Source: a virus (lineage: Duplodnaviria; Caudoviricetes). Taken from it: DNA of 35,576 nt. The position numbers and the translations under genes are program-made. The first letter of the stretch is position 1. Every line of letters begins with the position of its first letter. The notes beneath the pieces are model-generated. The model saw only the letters and a program-made list of their open reading frames with translations. It was not told the origin of the DNA and searched no databases. Positions 34,953 to 35,576 of the stretch are shown piece after piece. The stretch lies in the IMG/VR virus record IMGVR_UViG_3300044724_007750, positions 1 through 35,576 of that record; one strand, given 5' to 3'.

Positions 34953-34960
34953 TATAAATA
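34953..34960 (-). promoter_or_regulatory. class 2 element (TATTTATA)
   Basis: Intergenic, 16 nt upstream of the ATG at 34936. Confidence 0.5.
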
Positions 34961-34965
34961 GAATA

Positions 34966-35576
34966 TTATGTGAGAGTTTCGTAATAAGCATTTTGCTTCT
35001 CCTGTCTATCAATATCTTTTGGGTGATAAAGAGATAGTTCTTCTTTAGCAGGTAATGGAGCATAGGTCTTATATCCATCTAATACTTCATGAACTTTATT
35101 TTTCCATTTAATCTCTGGTTTGTTCTTCCATATACGCCATTGATAATCTGGGTAGTTAATCCATCCGTCGTTATTTATTTTCCATCTCCATTTAGAAATA
35201 TGCTGTTCTGTTAGACCTTCTACAGTATTAACTCTAGGAACTAAGTATACATCGTTATCAGGATTAGCTTCTAATATTATAGGAAGAGCTGTAATTAAAG
35301 ATTTATGAGGATATTCATCAGCATCTATTTGAAAAATATAATCTCCGGAACATAAGGATGTAAGTTTATTTTTCCAGTCAGCAAAATGACCTTCAAATGT
35401 ACCTTTGTGCCAACTGAAAGCTCCATTGACTGATTTAGCTCTAAGATATTCTTCTACATATAAATCTTCTCTTGAAGAATCAAATAAAATAACTATTTCA
35501 TCTTCTAAGCGTTTATTTTCTAATAGCACAGTAACTAATCTTTGTATCTCAACAAATTCATCTACTACTGTTATGG
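34966..35576 (-). CDS. glycosyltransferase family 2, 5' end outside the window
   Basis: GDYIFQIDADE, VPRVN, YPDYQWRI and VHE motifs. The frame stays open upstream of the tracked GTG (..ITVVDEFVEIQRLVT) to the window edge. Confidence 0.88.
   Translation of the reverse strand, partial: ITVVDEFVEIQRLVTVLLENKRLEDEIVILFDSSREDLYVEEYLRAKSVNGAFSWHKGTFEGHFADWKNKLTSLCSGDYIFQIDADEYPHKSLITALPIILEANPDNDVYLVPRVNTVEGLTEQHISKWRWKINNDGWINYPDYQWRIWKNKPEIKWKNKVHEVLDGYKTYAPLPAKEELSLYHPKDIDRQEKQNAYYETLT

Noticed and set aside
9350-34960. Plus-strand TATAAATA copies as T4 gp55-type late promoters
   Set aside because: They match the T4 consensus only on the non-coding strand and would point away from the adjacent start codons. 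They are treated instead as TATTTATA on the coding strand.
25533-35576. Bacterial chromosomal capsule or O-antigen locus
   Set aside because: There are no wzx/wzy/wza/kps genes, and the surrounding content (single-strand packing, small orphan genes, multiple 2OG oxygenases, DUF932, HNH-like gene) fits a phage. No capsid or terminase gene is in the window, so the phage call itself remains an inference.

Overview
AT-rich, densely packed segment of what is most likely a large tailed dsDNA phage. All credible genes are on the minus strand, many with stop/start overlaps. A repeated (G/T)TT(G/T)-N20-TATATT(T/A)(A/T) element resembles the Bacteroidota -33/-7 promoter, suggesting a Bacteroidota host (inference). 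In transcription order (right to left) there are four blocks. (1) About 25.4-35.6 kb: glycan cluster with three GT2 enzymes, NeuB, NeuA, a HAD phosphatase, two Maf/GT42-like transferases, a pyruvyltransferase-like protein and methyltransferases. (2) 16.1-25.3 kb: three paralogous, very cysteine-rich Kelch-like beta-propeller proteins (about 12, 30 and 18 blades) sharing an N-terminal module. (3) 11.3-16.1 kb: two accessory proteins, four Fe(II)/2OG-type oxygenases and a GT9-like glycosyltransferase. (4) 1-11.2 kb: smaller genes, including a degenerate HNH protein, a lysozyme-like protein, DUF932, a carbamoyltransferase-oxygenase pair, ThyA, tRNA-Arg(UCG) and two DksA/TraR-like zinc fingers. 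The best candidate for an undescribed system is blocks 2+3, possibly fed by block 1: virion appendage proteins loaded with non-conserved loop cysteines, encoded beside their own oxidising and glycosylating enzymes. All family calls are from motif recognition by eye, with no database searches, and counts are hand counts.
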